Shown one piece after another: positions 35,397 through 45,007 of a stretch of DNA of 64,000 nt (position 1 is its first letter; each line of letters opens with the position of its first letter). The stretch is from NCBI GenBank assembly GCA_964244585.1, contig CAXTJM010000018.1, forward strand, positions 2,084 to 66,083, read 5' to 3'. This stretch comes from an uncultured Acetobacteraceae bacterium (lineage in GTDB: Bacteria; Pseudomonadota; Alphaproteobacteria; Acetobacterales; Acetobacteraceae). The translations under genes and the position numbers were made by a program. The notes beneath the pieces were generated by a model. It did no database searches, was not told the DNA's origin, and saw only the letters and a list, made by a program, of their open reading frames with translations.

Positions 35397-37052
35397 TTAT
35401 ACGCGGTTGCGGTCGAACACGGCGCGCTGGCCGGAGCCGTAGCGTTTCAGCGCACCATCCTCGCCGACGGCGTTGGGCCGCTGGAAGATCCAGTTCTGCC
35501 ATGCCGTCAATCGTCCGAAGATGCGCGTCTCCATCGTCTCCGGCCCGGCAAACCGCAGGTTCGCCTCCAGGCCGGTCAGGCTGTCCGGAGAGAAGCTGGC
35601 CCGCTCCTCCAGCATGATGCGGATCTCGTCGTCCCAATCCGTCCCGTCATAGGCGTAGGTGACCAGGCCGGCCTCGTCCGCCGCCTCCCCGTCCAGGGCT
35701 TGGCCCGCCGCGGCCTCCGCTGCGGCCAGCGTATCGGGCTCGCCCAGGAAACGGGTTTGCAGCCGGGTCAACCCGTTGCCCATCGGCAGCGGGCCGAAAT
35801 TGGCCGGGCCCAGCGTGATGGCCGCCAGCCGGTTGTCCCCCGCGCGGCTGCCGGTGAAGATCGCCGAGCGGTCGGCGGCGAAGGCCAGTTCCGCCAGCGT
35901 GCCGGCGAAGCAGCTCCCCGGCTCGATCAGCGCGACCAGGCTGCGGGACGTCACGTCCAGCCGCTTCAGGGTGCGCTTGAGAAAATGGCGCACCTCCCGC
36001 ATCAGCCAATGGTCTTGGCTGCCGTCCAGCAGCGCGTCATAGGCGAGCACCTGGGGCGCATCGCCCTCGGTCCGCAACACCCAGACGCCGAGTTCCGGTT
36101 CATTGGTGCGCAGGTGCAGGATGGCGTCGTCCAGCGCACGGGCCATGGCGAGCGGCCAGAAGCCACATCCCTGCGCCTGCGCCGCCGCCGGGTCAGCCGG
36201 GGGCGCCCCGTCCGGACCGAGCACGACGAGGGTCGCCGTGCCGCGGCCCCGGTCCAGCTCCACGCGTAAATACGGATAGGTGATGGCCTGGCCGGCGACC
36301 TGCCGCTGCAGCGGGTGCAACGCCACGCCAGGCGCGTCTTTCGGCCGGTCGCTCCGCGCGGCCATCTCCTCGGCCCTGGCCTTGACCGTCGCGTCCCATT
36401 GCGATGGCGCCACCACTTCATCCACCAGGCGCCAGGCCACGGCGCGGCTGCCGCGCACGCCCTCTTCGGTGGAGCAGAACACATCCGCCCGGTCGCGCCG
36501 CACCCGGCGCTTGTCGGTCACCCGGGTCAGTCCGCCCGTGCCCGGCAACACCGCCAGCAGCGGCAGCTCGGGCAGCGAGACGGTGGATCGCCGGTCGTCG
36601 ATCAGCATGATGTGCTCGGCCGTGACCGCAAGCTCGTAGCCGCCGCCCGCCGCCGTGCCGCTGACGGCGGCGATGTAGGTCTGGCCCGAGTTGTCGGTCG
36701 CGTCCTCGATCGACATCCGCGTCTCGTTGGTGAACTTGCAGAAATTCACCTTGTGCCCGTGCGTCGCCTTGCTGAGCATGCGGATGTTGGCGCCGGCGCA
36801 GAATACGCCTGGCTTGCCGGAACGGATCACCACCGCCCCCACCTCCGGATGTTCGAAGCGAAGGCGCTGCACCGCGTCGTTCAACTCGATGTCGACGCCG
36901 AGGTCATAGGAATTGAGCTTCAACTCGTAGCCGTCGAACAGGCCGCCGGTCGGGTCCACGTCCATGATCAGCGAGGCAACGCCGCCCGCCACCTCGATCC
37001 GCCAGTGGCGATATCGGCTCGGCTCGGTCTGGAAGTCGATCACGGCGTTCAT
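35397..37052 (-). CDS. boxC: 2,3-epoxybenzoyl-CoA dihydrolase BoxC
   Basis: IDFQTEPSRYRHW, LKLNSYDLGVDIEL, FCKFTNETR, LTAWQNWIFQRPNA.G, FDRNRV. Confidence 0.96.
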   Translation of the reverse strand: MNAVIDFQTEPSRYRHWRIEVAGGVASLIMDVDPTGGLFDGYELKLNSYDLGVDIELNDAVQRLRFEHPEVGAVVIRSGKPGVFCAGANIRMLSKATHGHKVNFCKFTNETRMSIEDATDNSGQTYIAAVSGTAAGGGYELAVTAEHIMLIDDRRSTVSLPELPLLAVLPGTGGLTRVTDKRRVRRDRADVFCSTEEGVRGSRAVAWRLVDEVVAPSQWDATVKARAEEMAARSDRPKDAPGVALHPLQRQVAGQAITYPYLRVELDRGRGTATLVVLGPDGAPPADPAAAQAQGCGFWPLAMARALDDAILHLRTNEPELGVWVLRTEGDAPQVLAYDALLDGSQDHWLMREVRHFLKRTLKRLDVTSRSLVALIEPGSCFAGTLAELAFAADRSAIFTGSRAGDNRLAAITLGPANFGPLPMGNGLTRLQTRFLGEPDTLAAAEAAAGQALDGEAADEAGLVTYAYDGTDWDDEIRIMLEERASFSPDSLTGLEANLRFAGPETMETRIFGRLTAWQNWIFQRPNAVGEDGALKRYGSGQRAVFDRNRV

Positions 37053-37106
37053 CACAGGACGCTCTTCAGTGTTGCCGAACGATAATGCGGCATCGGAGGC
37101 GAAACA

Positions 37107-37120
37107 AGCACTATAATGCC
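37107..37120. promoter_or_regulatory. BoxR/BzdR-like operator upstream of boxC
   Basis: AGCA-CTATAA-TGCC, near copy of the TGCA-GTATAA-TGCA site at 39526. Confidence 0.5.
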
Positions 37121-37947
37121 GAAGCCACGGCGGCTGTAAGGTTGGCCGGCGCGGCCACGCCTTCCAAGGCCCGCACGCGGGCGACGAACCCGGCCACCGC
37201 CGCCAGCACGGCAGCGGGATGGCTGACCTGAGGCGCATGGCCGGCGCCTGCCACCAACACGGTCTCCACGGGGCAATAGGCTTCCTGCTCGATCAGGCGG
37301 AGCTGTTCGGCCGTGCCATACTCGTCGGCCTCCCCCTGGATCAGCAGGATGGGCAGGCGCACGAAGGCCACGCTGTCGTCGATGCGCCAGCTCCGGAACC
37401 CCGGGTCCAGCCAGGCGCGGTTCCAGCCCCAAAATGCGTTGTCCACGTCGCGATGGTAGCGCGCCAACCGCGTGCGCAGGTCCGCCGCCTCATAGGCGTC
37501 CCGCGCCTTGGCGATGCTGGCGACGGTGACGTCCTCCACGATCACGTGCGGCGCGATCAGCACCAGGCCGGCGATGCGAAAATCCTGGGTGCCCCCCGCG
37601 TGCAGCAGCGCGATGGAGGCACCGTCGGAATGCCCCATCAGGATCGCCCGGCGGATACCGACCGCGTCCAGCACCCGCGGCAACACCTCCCGCGCCTCGT
37701 CCTGCATGTAGGTGAGCGGCCGCGGCAGCGCGACCGGGTCGGATTGGCCGTAGCCGGCGCGGGACCAGGCGAACACGCCGCAACCGGTGGCGGCGACCAG
37801 TTGCTCCGGCAGGTCACGCCACAGGGCGACGCAGCCCAACCCCTCATGCAGCAGGACGAGCGTCGGCGCCTCCTCAGGGGGCGGCCCCCACCAGGCTGCT
37901 TCCAGCGTCTGGCCCGCGATCTTCAACGGGACCGGCTTGCCGCTCAT
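37111..37947 (-). CDS. Alpha/beta hydrolase in the box cluster
   Basis: LLHEGLG, GHSDGASIA nucleophile elbow, QGEADEYG, GHAP. Confidence 0.9.
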   Translation of the reverse strand: MSGKPVPLKIAGQTLEAAWWGPPPEEAPTLVLLHEGLGCVALWRDLPEQLVAATGCGVFAWSRAGYGQSDPVALPRPLTYMQDEAREVLPRVLDAVGIRRAILMGHSDGASIALLHAGGTQDFRIAGLVLIAPHVIVEDVTVASIAKARDAYEAADLRTRLARYHRDVDNAFWGWNRAWLDPGFRSWRIDDSVAFVRLPILLIQGEADEYGTAEQLRLIEQEAYCPVETVLVAGAGHAPQVSHPAAVLAAVAGFVARVRALEGVAAPANLTAAVASAL

Positions 37948-39464
37948 GGCAGGGCCCGCAACTTGAACCGCTGGATCTTGCCTGTGGCCGTCTTGGGCAG
38001 ATCGTCCACCATCTCGACCCAGCGCGGATATTTCCACGGCCCGGCGGCAGCTTTCACATGCGCCTGCAACGCTTCCACCGACACCTCCGCCCCCTGCTTC
38101 AGCACCACGAAGGCGCGCGGCTTGGTCAATCCCTGGTCGTCCTCATGCCCGACCACGGCCGCCTCCACCACCGCCGGATGGGCGACCAGCGCGCCTTCCA
38201 CCTCGAACGGGCTCACCCAGATGCCGCTGACCTTGAACATGTCGTCGGAGCGGCCGCAGTAGCGGTAATGGCCGCTCGGCTCGCGGATGTATTTGTCGCC
38301 GGTCCAGGTCCACTCCCCCTGGAAGGTGCGGCGGGATTTTTCGCGCTGGTTCCAGTAGCCATCGCCGGCGCTGGCGCCGCGCACCACCAGTTCCCCCACC
38401 TCGCCATCGGGCAGGTCCACGCCGGCCGGGTCGACGATGCGCAGCTCGTAGCCCGGCACGGCACGGCCGGAGGTGCCATAGCTGATATCGCCGGGCTGGT
38501 TGGACAGGAAGATGTGCAGCATCTCGGTCGAGCCGATACCGTCCAGGATGTCCACGCCCACCAGGCGCGACCACTCGATGCCAACATGCTCCGGCAGCGC
38601 CTCGCCCGCGGAAATGCAGCATCGCAGGCGGTCGGACCCGGCGCCGGGCCCGATGCCCGGATGCGCCACCATGTTCGCGTACAGCGTCGGGACGCCGCAG
38701 AACACGGTGGGACGATGCTGCCGCATCAATGCCAGCACGGCGTCGGGCGTGGGGCGATGGGGGAACAGCACGCTACACGCGCCGACCGCCATCGGAAAGG
38801 TCATGGCGTTGCCCAGCCCGTAGGCGAAGAACAGCTTGGCGACGGAGTAGACCAGATCGTCGGCCTCGATGCCCAGCACGTGCCTGCCATAGCTTTCGAA
38901 CGTCGCGCGCAGGCTGCCATGGACGTGGCGCACGCCCTTCGGCGCCGCCGTCGAGCCCGAGGAGTACAGCCAGAACGCCGTCTCGTCGGCGCTGGCCGCG
39001 ACCGGCGGCGCGTCGCCCTCCGCCAGGAAGTCGTCGAACGGCGTGGCGCCCTCCCCGGCCCCGCCACCGGCCACCACCACCCGCAGCACTGGCAGATCCG
39101 CCAGCCGGGCTCGCAGCGGCTCCAGCAAGGCGGCGGACACCACCAGCAGCTCGGCTCGGCAGTCCCTCAGGATGTAGGCAATCTGTTGCGGCGGCAGCAG
39201 GGTGTTGACGGGCACCGGCACCACGCCAGCCCGCACCGCGCCCCAAAAGGCGACGGGGAACTCGGTCGTGTCGTGCAGCAGCAGGGCGATGCGCGCCTCC
39301 CGCCGCACGCCGGCGCGACGCAGGCCGGCCGCAAAGCGGGCGCTCTCCACCCGCAGCCCGGCATAGCTCAGCGTGCGGCGATCGTCGATGAAGGCTGGTG
39401 AGCCGCCACGGCTTTCCCGCAAATGACGATCCACGAACCAGTCTGCGGCGTTGTCCTGCACCAT
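37944..39464 (-). CDS. Benzoate-CoA ligase family protein
   Basis: WLYSSGSTAAPKGVRH, KLFFAYGLGN, DGIGSTEMLHIF, GRSDDMFKVSG, PKTATGKIQRF. Confidence 0.93.
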   Translation of the reverse strand: MVQDNAADWFVDRHLRESRGGSPAFIDDRRTLSYAGLRVESARFAAGLRRAGVRREARIALLLHDTTEFPVAFWGAVRAGVVPVPVNTLLPPQQIAYILRDCRAELLVVSAALLEPLRARLADLPVLRVVVAGGGAGEGATPFDDFLAEGDAPPVAASADETAFWLYSSGSTAAPKGVRHVHGSLRATFESYGRHVLGIEADDLVYSVAKLFFAYGLGNAMTFPMAVGACSVLFPHRPTPDAVLALMRQHRPTVFCGVPTLYANMVAHPGIGPGAGSDRLRCCISAGEALPEHVGIEWSRLVGVDILDGIGSTEMLHIFLSNQPGDISYGTSGRAVPGYELRIVDPAGVDLPDGEVGELVVRGASAGDGYWNQREKSRRTFQGEWTWTGDKYIREPSGHYRYCGRSDDMFKVSGIWVSPFEVEGALVAHPAVVEAAVVGHEDDQGLTKPRAFVVLKQGAEVSVEALQAHVKAAAGPWKYPRWVEMVDDLPKTATGKIQRFKLRALP

Positions 39465-39525
39465 CCGCGTCTTTCCCGTGCGGCCTGTTGACGCGGCCAA
39501 TCCCGTTAACGAGCTAATCGAACTC

Positions 39526-39539
39526 TGCAGTATAATGCA
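39526..39539. promoter_or_regulatory. TGCA-N6-TGCA BoxR/BzdR-type operator overlapping -10 hexamers on both strands
   Basis: TGCAGTATAATGCA: TATAAT on + and TATACT on -, in the ligase/regulator divergent gap. Confidence 0.6.
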
Positions 39540-39614
39540 AGACGATCCTGGCTGGAGCATGCAGCGGAGCGCATCCTGGCGTGGCAGCCACCGTGCCGTG
39601 TAAGGACGGACAGG

Positions 39615-40490
39615 ATGACCGACCCGACCGCCGAGACCGCCCTGCTGCAAGCCTTGGGCGCCCGCGTGCGCACCATCCGCGCCCGGCGCGGCATGACGCA
39701 GCGGGCGCTCTCGACACGGTCGGGCGTGTCCGAGCGGTATGTCGCCCAATTCGAAGCCGGCAACGGCAACGTGTCCGTGCTGGTGCTGCACCGCGTCGGC
39801 ACGGCGCTCGGCGTCCCCGTGGCGGAGTTGCTGGCCGACCAACCCGAGCCACCGGGCGAGCTGGCAGCCCTGCATGCCATGCTGGCGCGGCTGGATGCGG
39901 CGCAGCTGGCCGGTGCGCGCCAGATGCTGGCGGATTGGCTGGGCCAGTCGGCGGACCCGCGGCGTCGCTCCCGCATCGCGCTGGTCGGGCTACGCGGCGC
40001 GGGGAAATCCTCCCTCGGGCAGGCCTTGGCGGGGCGGCACGGCATTCCCTTCGTGGAACTGGACCGCGAGGTGGAGCGGCAGAGCGGCATGGACCTGCGC
40101 GACATCTTCGAGATGCATGGCCAGGCGGGCTTCCGCCGGCTGGAACGGCAGGTGCTGGAGGCGGCGCTGGCCCGCAACGGCGCCATGGTGCTGGCCGCCG
40201 GGGGCGGCATCGTCGCCGAGGCTGGCACGCTGGACTTGCTGCTGTCCCACTGCCTGACCGTATGGGTCCGCACCTCGCCGGAGGAGCACATGCAGCGCGT
40301 GGTCACCCAGGGTGACGAGCGCCCGATGCGGGACAACACCAACGCGATGGCCGACCTGCGCGCCATCCTCGCCAGCCGGGAAAAGCTGTATGCCCGCGCC
40401 GATTTCGTGCTGGACAACCAGGACCGCTCGCTCGAGGACAGCCTGGCGGAACTGTCGGCGCGGACCGGCCTGGCAAATTTGCCGGAGTGA
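39615..40490 (+). CDS. boxR: BzdR/BoxR regulator (XRE HTH + shikimate-kinase-like benzoyl-CoA sensor)
   Basis: SGVSERYVAQFEAGNGN HTH; IALVGLRGAGKS, QGDERPM. Confidence 0.92.
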   Translation: MTDPTAETALLQALGARVRTIRARRGMTQRALSTRSGVSERYVAQFEAGNGNVSVLVLHRVGTALGVPVAELLADQPEPPGELAALHAMLARLDAAQLAGARQMLADWLGQSADPRRRSRIALVGLRGAGKSSLGQALAGRHGIPFVELDREVERQSGMDLRDIFEMHGQAGFRRLERQVLEAALARNGAMVLAAGGGIVAEAGTLDLLLSHCLTVWVRTSPEEHMQRVVTQGDERPMRDNTNAMADLRAILASREKLYARADFVLDNQDRSLEDSLAELSARTGLANLPE

Positions 40491-40568
40491 GGCGACACTG
40501 CCCGGCAGGGTTCGGCTGGCCGCTACGACCGGCAGCATCCGGAACATCTTCCATGACGAGGTGGCGCG

Positions 40569-42032
40569 GTGAGCAAGGTTCCTCCAGGCGTCGGTCCGAA
40601 GCACGGGCAAGTGCTCGTGCTGGTGGGCGCGACAGGGGATCTGTCGCAGCGCAAGTTGCTGCCCGGCCTGTTCCACCTGGCGCGCGGCGGCTTCATGCCC
40701 GGTTGCCGCATCGTCGGCGTCTCGTTGGACAACCTCGATGCCGACGGCTTTCGGGTCCTGGCGCGGGGGGCGCTGGACCAGTTCTCCACCCGCACGGTGA
40801 ACGAGGATGACTGGGCGGCCTTCGCGCAGACGCTGGACTACGTGCCGCTCGCGGCCGGCGCGCAGACGCTGCGGACCGCGGTGGAAACGGCCGAGCGCAT
40901 CCTGGGCGGCGAGACGAGGCGCATCCACTACCTGAGCGTGCCGCCCAACGCCGCGCTGTCGGCGGTGCGGCTGCTCGGCGAGGCCGGCCTGGTCGAGCGG
41001 TCCCGCGTCATCATGGAAAAGCCGTTTGGCACCGACCTGGCCAGCGCCGTGTCGCTGAACGCCAGGCTGCACGAGGTGTTTTCCGAGGACCAGATCTTCC
41101 GTATCGACCACTTCCTGGGCAAGGAGCCGGCGCAGAACATCCTGGCGTTCCGTTTCGCCAACGGCCTGTTCGAGCCGATCTGGAACCGCAACTTCATCGA
41201 CCACGTGCAGATCGACGTGCCGGAGACGCTGGGCCTGGGCAAGCGCACCGGCTTCTACGAATCGACCGGCGCGTATCGCGACATGGTGGTGACCCACCTG
41301 TTCCAGATCCTCGCCTTCATGGCGATGGAGCCGCCGACCGCGCTGGAGCCGGTATCGATCAGCGAGGAGAAGAACAAGGTCTTCCGCAGCATGTCGCCGA
41401 TCGACCCCGCCAACGTGGTGCGGGGCCAATATGTCGGATACCGCAACGAGGAAGGGGTTGACCCGGAATCCGACACGGAGACCTTCATCGCGCTGAAATG
41501 CGTCATCGATAATTGGCGCTGGGCCGGCGTGCCGTTCTTCCTGCGCACCGGCAAACGGCTGGCCGAGGGGCAGCGGATCATCTCCATCGCCTTCCGCGAA
41601 CCGCCGAAAAGCATGTTCCCGGTGGGCTCCGGCGTAGGCGCGCAGGGGCCGGACCATCTGACCTTCGACCTGGCCGACGCCTCGAAGATGTCGCTGTCCT
41701 TCTACGGCAAGCGGCCCGGCCCAGGCATGCGGCTGGACAAGCTGAGCCTGCAATTCGCCATGAACGACACCGGCCGCATCGGCGACGTGCTCGAAGCCTA
41801 CGAGCGTTTGATCCTGGACGCGATGCGCGGCGACCGCACGCTGTTCACCACCGCCGAAGGGATCGAGCGGCTGTGGCAGGTCTCCACCCCGTTGCTGGAG
41901 GCGCCGCCGCCGGTGCGGCTGTATCCGATCGGGTCATGGGGACCGAAATCGATCCACCAGCTGGTGGCCCCGCATGCCTGGCGGCTGCCGTTCGAGCGCG
42001 CCTGGCGGGCGCCCGCGGCGGCGGGGGGCTGA
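40569..42032 (+). CDS. zwf: Glucose-6-phosphate 1-dehydrogenase (atypical coenzyme site)
   Basis: GATGDL..RK, EKPFG, RIDHFLGKE, RDMVVTHL, WRWAGVPFFLRTGK, EAYERL. Confidence 0.95.
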   Translation: MSKVPPGVGPKHGQVLVLVGATGDLSQRKLLPGLFHLARGGFMPGCRIVGVSLDNLDADGFRVLARGALDQFSTRTVNEDDWAAFAQTLDYVPLAAGAQTLRTAVETAERILGGETRRIHYLSVPPNAALSAVRLLGEAGLVERSRVIMEKPFGTDLASAVSLNARLHEVFSEDQIFRIDHFLGKEPAQNILAFRFANGLFEPIWNRNFIDHVQIDVPETLGLGKRTGFYESTGAYRDMVVTHLFQILAFMAMEPPTALEPVSISEEKNKVFRSMSPIDPANVVRGQYVGYRNEEGVDPESDTETFIALKCVIDNWRWAGVPFFLRTGKRLAEGQRIISIAFREPPKSMFPVGSGVGAQGPDHLTFDLADASKMSLSFYGKRPGPGMRLDKLSLQFAMNDTGRIGDVLEAYERLILDAMRGDRTLFTTAEGIERLWQVSTPLLEAPPPVRLYPIGSWGPKSIHQLVAPHAWRLPFERAWRAPAAAGG

Positions 42033-42067
42033 ACAAGGCCGGTTGTCGAATGGGGAGGGACCAGAAA

Positions 42068-43720
42068 ATGTCCAAAAACGCGCAGGATGCGTTCGACTAC
42101 GTCGTCGTCGGTGCCGGCGCCGCTGGTTGCGTGCTGGCCAACCGGCTGAGCGAGGACGGCACCGCCACCGTCTGCGTGCTGGAGGCCGGGCCGCCGGATC
42201 GCAACCCCTACATCCATATCCCTGCCGGATTCATCAAGACGCTGTTCGACCCGTCCTGCACCTGGCAGTTCAAGACGGAGCCGACCGAGCGCACCGGCGG
42301 ACGGCCCATCTCGACCACGCAGGGGCGGACGCTAGGCGGCGGGTCCTCGGTCAACGGCATGATCTACAACCGGGGCCAGCCGGCGGATTTCGATAGCTGG
42401 GCGCAGCGCGGCAACCGCGGCTGGGGCTATGCCGACGTGCTGCCGTATTTCCGCCAGTCCGAGCAGCGCATCGGCTTCGGCGACGACGCCGTGCGTGGCC
42501 GCGGTGACGGCATCCCGGTCACCGACATGGATTGGTTCCATCCCGTTTCGGAGGCGTTCATCCAGGGCTGCATCAATGCGGGTATCCCGCGCAACCCGGA
42601 TTACAACAGCGGCGACCAGGCCGGAGTCGGATATTTCCAGCGCGCCATCCGCAACGGGCGCCGGGTGAGCGCCGCCCGTGCCTTCCTCAAGCCTGCGCGG
42701 GAACGCGCCAACCTGGATGTCCGCACCAGCGCGCGCGCCTGCGAGATCATGCTGGACGGCAAGCGCGCCGTGGGCGTCCGCTACTTGCACGAGCGCGGGG
42801 GAGAGACCCGCACGGTGCAGGCCCGGCGGGAGGTGATCCTGTGTTCCGGCACGGCCAACACCGCACGGCTGTTGCAGGTATCCGGCATCGGGCCTGCCGG
42901 CTTGCTGGGCGACCTCGGCGTGCCCGTCCGGCACGAACTGCGCGGGGTGGGAGAGAATTTCCGCGACCACTACGCCGTGCGGGCAGTGCTGCGGGCCAAA
43001 CCCGGCGTGCTGACGCTGAACGAACTGTCGCGCGGCCCGCGGCTGGGGCTGCAGATCGCGCGGTGGGCCACCGGCCGCCCCAGCATCCTGGCGACCGCGC
43101 CGTCCCAGGTGCACGTGTTCTGGAAGTCCTTCGAGGGGCTGGACCAGCCGGACCTGCAATGCGTGTTCACGCCCGGCTCCTACAAGCAGGGCGCCACCTA
43201 CGTGCTGGACGACTATCCGGGCATGACGGCCGGCGCCTGGGCGCATCGCCCGGAAAGCACCGGATACGTGCGTGCCTGCTCCACCGACGTGTTCGTGGAC
43301 CCGGTGCTGCAACCGAACTACCTGGCCGACGCCATGGACCGCCGGGTGACGCTCGGCGGCATCCGCCTGATCCGTCGGCTGCTTGCCACGCCCGAGGTCG
43401 CGGCGTTCGCCGAACGCGAGACGTTGCCGGGACCGGATGTGCAAAGCGACGACGAGCTGCTCGACTTCGCCTATCGCAACGGCTCCACCTGCTACCACCT
43501 GATCGGCACCGCGCGGATGGGACCGGACACCGACCCCGGCGCCGTGGTCGATGACCAGTTGCGCGTGCACGGCCTGGGCGGGCTGCGGGTGGCCGACGCC
43601 TCGATCATGCCCAGCATGCCCTCCGCCAACACCTATGCCACGACGCTGATGATCGCCGGCAAGGCCGCTGACCTGATCCGCGGCAGGACGGCGATGCCGG
43701 AGGAGGCACGGGCGGCATAG
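42068..43720 (+). CDS. GMC family oxidoreductase (choline dehydrogenase-like)
   Basis: DYVVVGAGAAG, GRTLGGGSSVNGMIY, YHLIGTARMG, LRVADASIMP, NT motif. Confidence 0.93.
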   Translation: MSKNAQDAFDYVVVGAGAAGCVLANRLSEDGTATVCVLEAGPPDRNPYIHIPAGFIKTLFDPSCTWQFKTEPTERTGGRPISTTQGRTLGGGSSVNGMIYNRGQPADFDSWAQRGNRGWGYADVLPYFRQSEQRIGFGDDAVRGRGDGIPVTDMDWFHPVSEAFIQGCINAGIPRNPDYNSGDQAGVGYFQRAIRNGRRVSAARAFLKPARERANLDVRTSARACEIMLDGKRAVGVRYLHERGGETRTVQARREVILCSGTANTARLLQVSGIGPAGLLGDLGVPVRHELRGVGENFRDHYAVRAVLRAKPGVLTLNELSRGPRLGLQIARWATGRPSILATAPSQVHVFWKSFEGLDQPDLQCVFTPGSYKQGATYVLDDYPGMTAGAWAHRPESTGYVRACSTDVFVDPVLQPNYLADAMDRRVTLGGIRLIRRLLATPEVAAFAERETLPGPDVQSDDELLDFAYRNGSTCYHLIGTARMGPDTDPGAVVDDQLRVHGLGGLRVADASIMPSMPSANTYATTLMIAGKAADLIRGRTAMPEEARAA

Positions 43721-43959
43721 CGCGGGATCAACCCGCCGCCGGGCTGTTGCTGCGGCGGCCAAGTGTCTCGCTGAGTCGTGCGACCACCGTATGGGCCTGG
43801 CCAGGCCGGCCCTGTTTGTGGCGGCCAGGATAGTACGTGCCATCCGCCAACAGGGCGACCCGTCAGGGAATCAATTCCGACGAGCGGCGGCGGGCTGGCG
43901 CGATGGTGGTTCTTGCGGGCTCCCGCCTGCCTCGATCGGCGACAGCATCTGTAACGCGG

Positions 43960-43994
43960 GTGCAGGGCGTGCGATAATCCGCCACGCCCTGCAC
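43960..43994. promoter_or_regulatory. 12-bp perfect inverted repeat upstream of LysR
   Basis: GTGCAGGGCGTG-N11-CACGCCCTGCAC, ending 22 nt before the LysR ATG. Confidence 0.55.
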
Positions 43995-44016
43995 AGCCCG
44001 TTCGAAGAACTGCACG

Positions 44017-44940
44017 ATGTCTTCGCCTGACCTCGCCGACCTCGACGCGTTCACAGTCGTTGCCCGGGCCCGCAGCTTCCGGGGGGCCGCCTTGCTGCGC
44101 GGCGTTTCAGCCTCGGGGCTGAGCGAGGCGGTGCGGCGGATCGAGACCCGGCTTGGGGTGCGGCTGCTCAACCGGACGACCCGCAGCGTGACGCCGACCG
44201 CGGCGGGAGAACGCCTGTTGGCGCGCCTGGGTCCAGCGCTCGGGGAGGTCTCCGCCGCGCTGGAGGCGCTGGCGGAGGACCGCGACACGGCGGTGGGGAC
44301 GCTGCGGCTGAACGTCCCCGTCATCGTCGCCCGGACGATCCTGCCGCGCATCATCGGTCCCTTCCAGGCAGCGCACCCGGGTCTCACCCTGGAGGTGATG
44401 GCCAATGACAGCTTCATCGACGTGCTGGCAGCCGGATTCGATGCCGGCATCCGCTACGAGGAGCGGCTGGAGCGGGACATGATCGCGATCCCGATCGGCC
44501 CGCGCATCCAGCGTTACGCGGCTGGCGCCTCGCCCGGCTACCTGCGGGCCCGCGGCCGGCCGGAACACCCGCGCGACCTGCTGAACCATGCCTGCATCGG
44601 GCACCGCTTCGTCAGCGGCGTGGTCCCGTCCTGGGAGTTCGAGCGTGCGGGCGAGGTCCTCCGCATCGCGCCCTCCGGCCCGTTGCTGGCGAATACGCTG
44701 GACATCGAGCTACAGGCCGCGATCGACGGCATCGGCATCATCGCCACCTTCGAGGACGTCCTGGCACCGGCCCTGTCGGGCGGCTTGCTGGAGCCGGTGC
44801 TGCCGGAGTGGTGGCAAAGCTTCTCCGGCCCGTTCCTCTATTACCCCAGCCGTCGGCACATGCCGCCGCCGCTGCGCGCGTTCGTGGATTTCATCCGCAC
44901 AACCCCCTATCCTGGCCCCGTCGCAAGGGTTGACGCGTGA
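44017..44940 (+). CDS. LysR family regulator (CrgA-like)
   Basis: LGVRLLNRTTRSVTPTAAG, FDAGIR, LYYPSRRH. Confidence 0.95.
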   Translation: MSSPDLADLDAFTVVARARSFRGAALLRGVSASGLSEAVRRIETRLGVRLLNRTTRSVTPTAAGERLLARLGPALGEVSAALEALAEDRDTAVGTLRLNVPVIVARTILPRIIGPFQAAHPGLTLEVMANDSFIDVLAAGFDAGIRYEERLERDMIAIPIGPRIQRYAAGASPGYLRARGRPEHPRDLLNHACIGHRFVSGVVPSWEFERAGEVLRIAPSGPLLANTLDIELQAAIDGIGIIATFEDVLAPALSGGLLEPVLPEWWQSFSGPFLYYPSRRHMPPPLRAFVDFIRTTPYPGPVARVDA

Positions 44941-44953
44941 GGACCCCGCCGCG

Positions 44954-44981
44954 CTTGCAGCGGCATGCCGCGGTCCCATTT
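44954..44981 (+). promoter_or_regulatory. RpoH (sigma32)-type promoter for clpS
   Basis: CTTGCA-N15-CCCATTT, 26 nt upstream of the ATG. Confidence 0.55.
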
Positions 44982-45007
44982 GCGTCGTGATGTGGTAAGG
45001 GACGGCG

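Noticed and set aside
39990-43843. 587-aa and 503-aa minus-strand ORFs
   Set aside because: Antisense shadows of boxR/zwf and the GMC gene.
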